This document shows positions 63,343-64,000 of a stretch of 64,000 nucleotides of DNA, one piece after another (positions within the stretch are counted from its first letter, which is position 1; every line of letters begins with the position of its first letter). The DNA is from Bacteroidales bacterium (GTDB taxonomy: Bacteria > Bacteroidota > Bacteroidia > Bacteroidales > UBA932). The notes below the pieces were generated by a model, which was not told the DNA's origin, ran no database searches, and saw only the letters and a program-made list of their open reading frames with translations. The translations under genes were made by a program, and so were the position numbers. The stretch is taken from positions 19,780 to 83,779 of the forward strand of contig JAKSJP010000003.1 in NCBI GenBank assembly GCA_024398105.1, written 5' to 3'.

Positions 63343-64000
63343 ATGCTCGATAAAGAACGTGGCTTGTACATAGCCCATTGCGAAAACGGTCCTATCAGCC
63401 TTGTCGGCAAGATGGCAAACAGACATGGTCTCATCGCCGGCGCGACCGGAACAGGTAAGACCGTGACACTCCAGGTGATGGCGGAGACATTCTGCCAGGC
63501 CGGGGTACCATGTTTCATGGCCGATATGAAGGGAGACCTTTCAGGTGTAAGCCAGGCAGGCAAGCTTTCAGGCTTCATCGAGAAGAGAATGCCTGAGTTC
63601 GGCATCGAGGATCCTCAGTTCGCAGGATGTCCGGTAAGGTTCTATGACGTATTCGGCGAGCAGGGCCACCCTATGAGGACGACCATCTCAGACATGGGTC
63701 CTCAGCTTCTCGCACGTCTCCTTGACCTCAACGAGACCCAGACAGGAATCCTCAACATCGTCTTCAAGGTTGCGGACGACAGAGGTCTCCTCATCCTCGA
63801 CATGAAGGACCTCAGGGCCATGCTCGACTACACAGCGAAGCATGCCTCAGAATTCACGACAAGCTATGGCAACGTCTCTGCGACCTCTATCGGAGCAATC
63901 CAGAGAGCGCTCCTCACCCTTGAGGCACAGGGTGCGGACAAGTTCTTCGGCGAGCCTGCATTCAACACATACGACCTGATGGACACAGAAGGCGGAAAGG
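63343..64000 (+). CDS. HerA-like/DUF853 (YjgR-type) P-loop ATPase, 5' part; continues beyond the window
   Basis: My translation from ATG 63343 reads MLDKERGLYIAHCENGPISLVGKMANRHGLIAGATGTGKTVTLQVMAETF...MADMKGDLSG and is open to the window end. Walker A GATGTGKT. Confidence 0.7.
   Translation, partial: MLDKERGLYIAHCENGPISLVGKMANRHGLIAGATGTGKTVTLQVMAETFCQAGVPCFMADMKGDLSGVSQAGKLSGFIEKRMPEFGIEDPQFAGCPVRFYDVFGEQGHPMRTTISDMGPQLLARLLDLNETQTGILNIVFKVADDRGLLILDMKDLRAMLDYTAKHASEFTTSYGNVSATSIGAIQRALLTLEAQGADKFFGEPAFNTYDLMDTEGGK

Noticed and set aside
1-64000. Looked for CRISPR arrays, transposases, integrases, phage genes, toxin-antitoxin pairs, restriction-modification or known defence-system genes, rRNA and riboswitch-like leaders
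   Set aside because: None recognised. There are no regularly spaced 25-40-bp repeats and no DDE, tyrosine- or serine-recombinase motifs in any listed ORF. The intergenic leaders are short or AT-rich without conserved riboswitch cores that I can identify by eye.

Overview
This is a densely coding 64-kb chromosomal segment from a Bacteroidota genome of Bacteroidales type. The assignment rests on a SusC/SusD pair, a T9SS C-terminal sorting domain, BACON-type surface lipoproteins with acidic residues after the lipobox Cys, TAnnTTTG -7 promoter boxes and a Na+-NQR operon. I count about 47 CDS and 2 tRNAs, and I saw no transposase, integrase, phage gene or CRISPR array. Housekeeping genes: CPA2 antiporter, His-rich COG0523 metallochaperone, purC, tRNA-Gly, M16 peptidase, UvrD/PcrA helicase, nqrABCDEF, uvrA, ubiE, tRNA-Asp, cstA. 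Hemicellulose genes: partial HTCS sensor, GH10, GH9 and two GH43. Three accessory blocks deserve a closer look. (1) 21.4-28.9 kb holds a type-V-pilus accessory pair, then a compact phospho-glycan decoration module. The module has a degenerate Stealth paralogue, an intact Stealth protein, a LicD-family transferase, an opine-dehydrogenase-family reductase and a nucleotidyltransferase-aminotransferase fusion. It has no glycosyltransferase, flippase or polymerase, and it directly abuts uvrA. (2) 39.7-55.5 kb holds a SusC/SusD locus with no CAZyme. It instead has a zinc metallohydrolase lipoprotein, a DUF4302 protein and two very large BACON lipoproteins that share a recurring LG-x-W module. These are followed by an S8 protease with a T9SS C-terminal domain, translationally coupled to a PorV/PorQ-like barrel. 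(3) 55.4-61.6 kb is a tightly packed five-gene minus-strand operon. It encodes a propeller lipoprotein, a periplasmic TlpA-type thioredoxin, a 525-aa plug-less outer-membrane barrel, a BACON plus CxxC thioredoxin-fold lipoprotein and an unknown lipoprotein. I regard it as the best candidate for an undescribed envelope redox or uptake system. All family assignments come from motif reading by eye; no database search was run.
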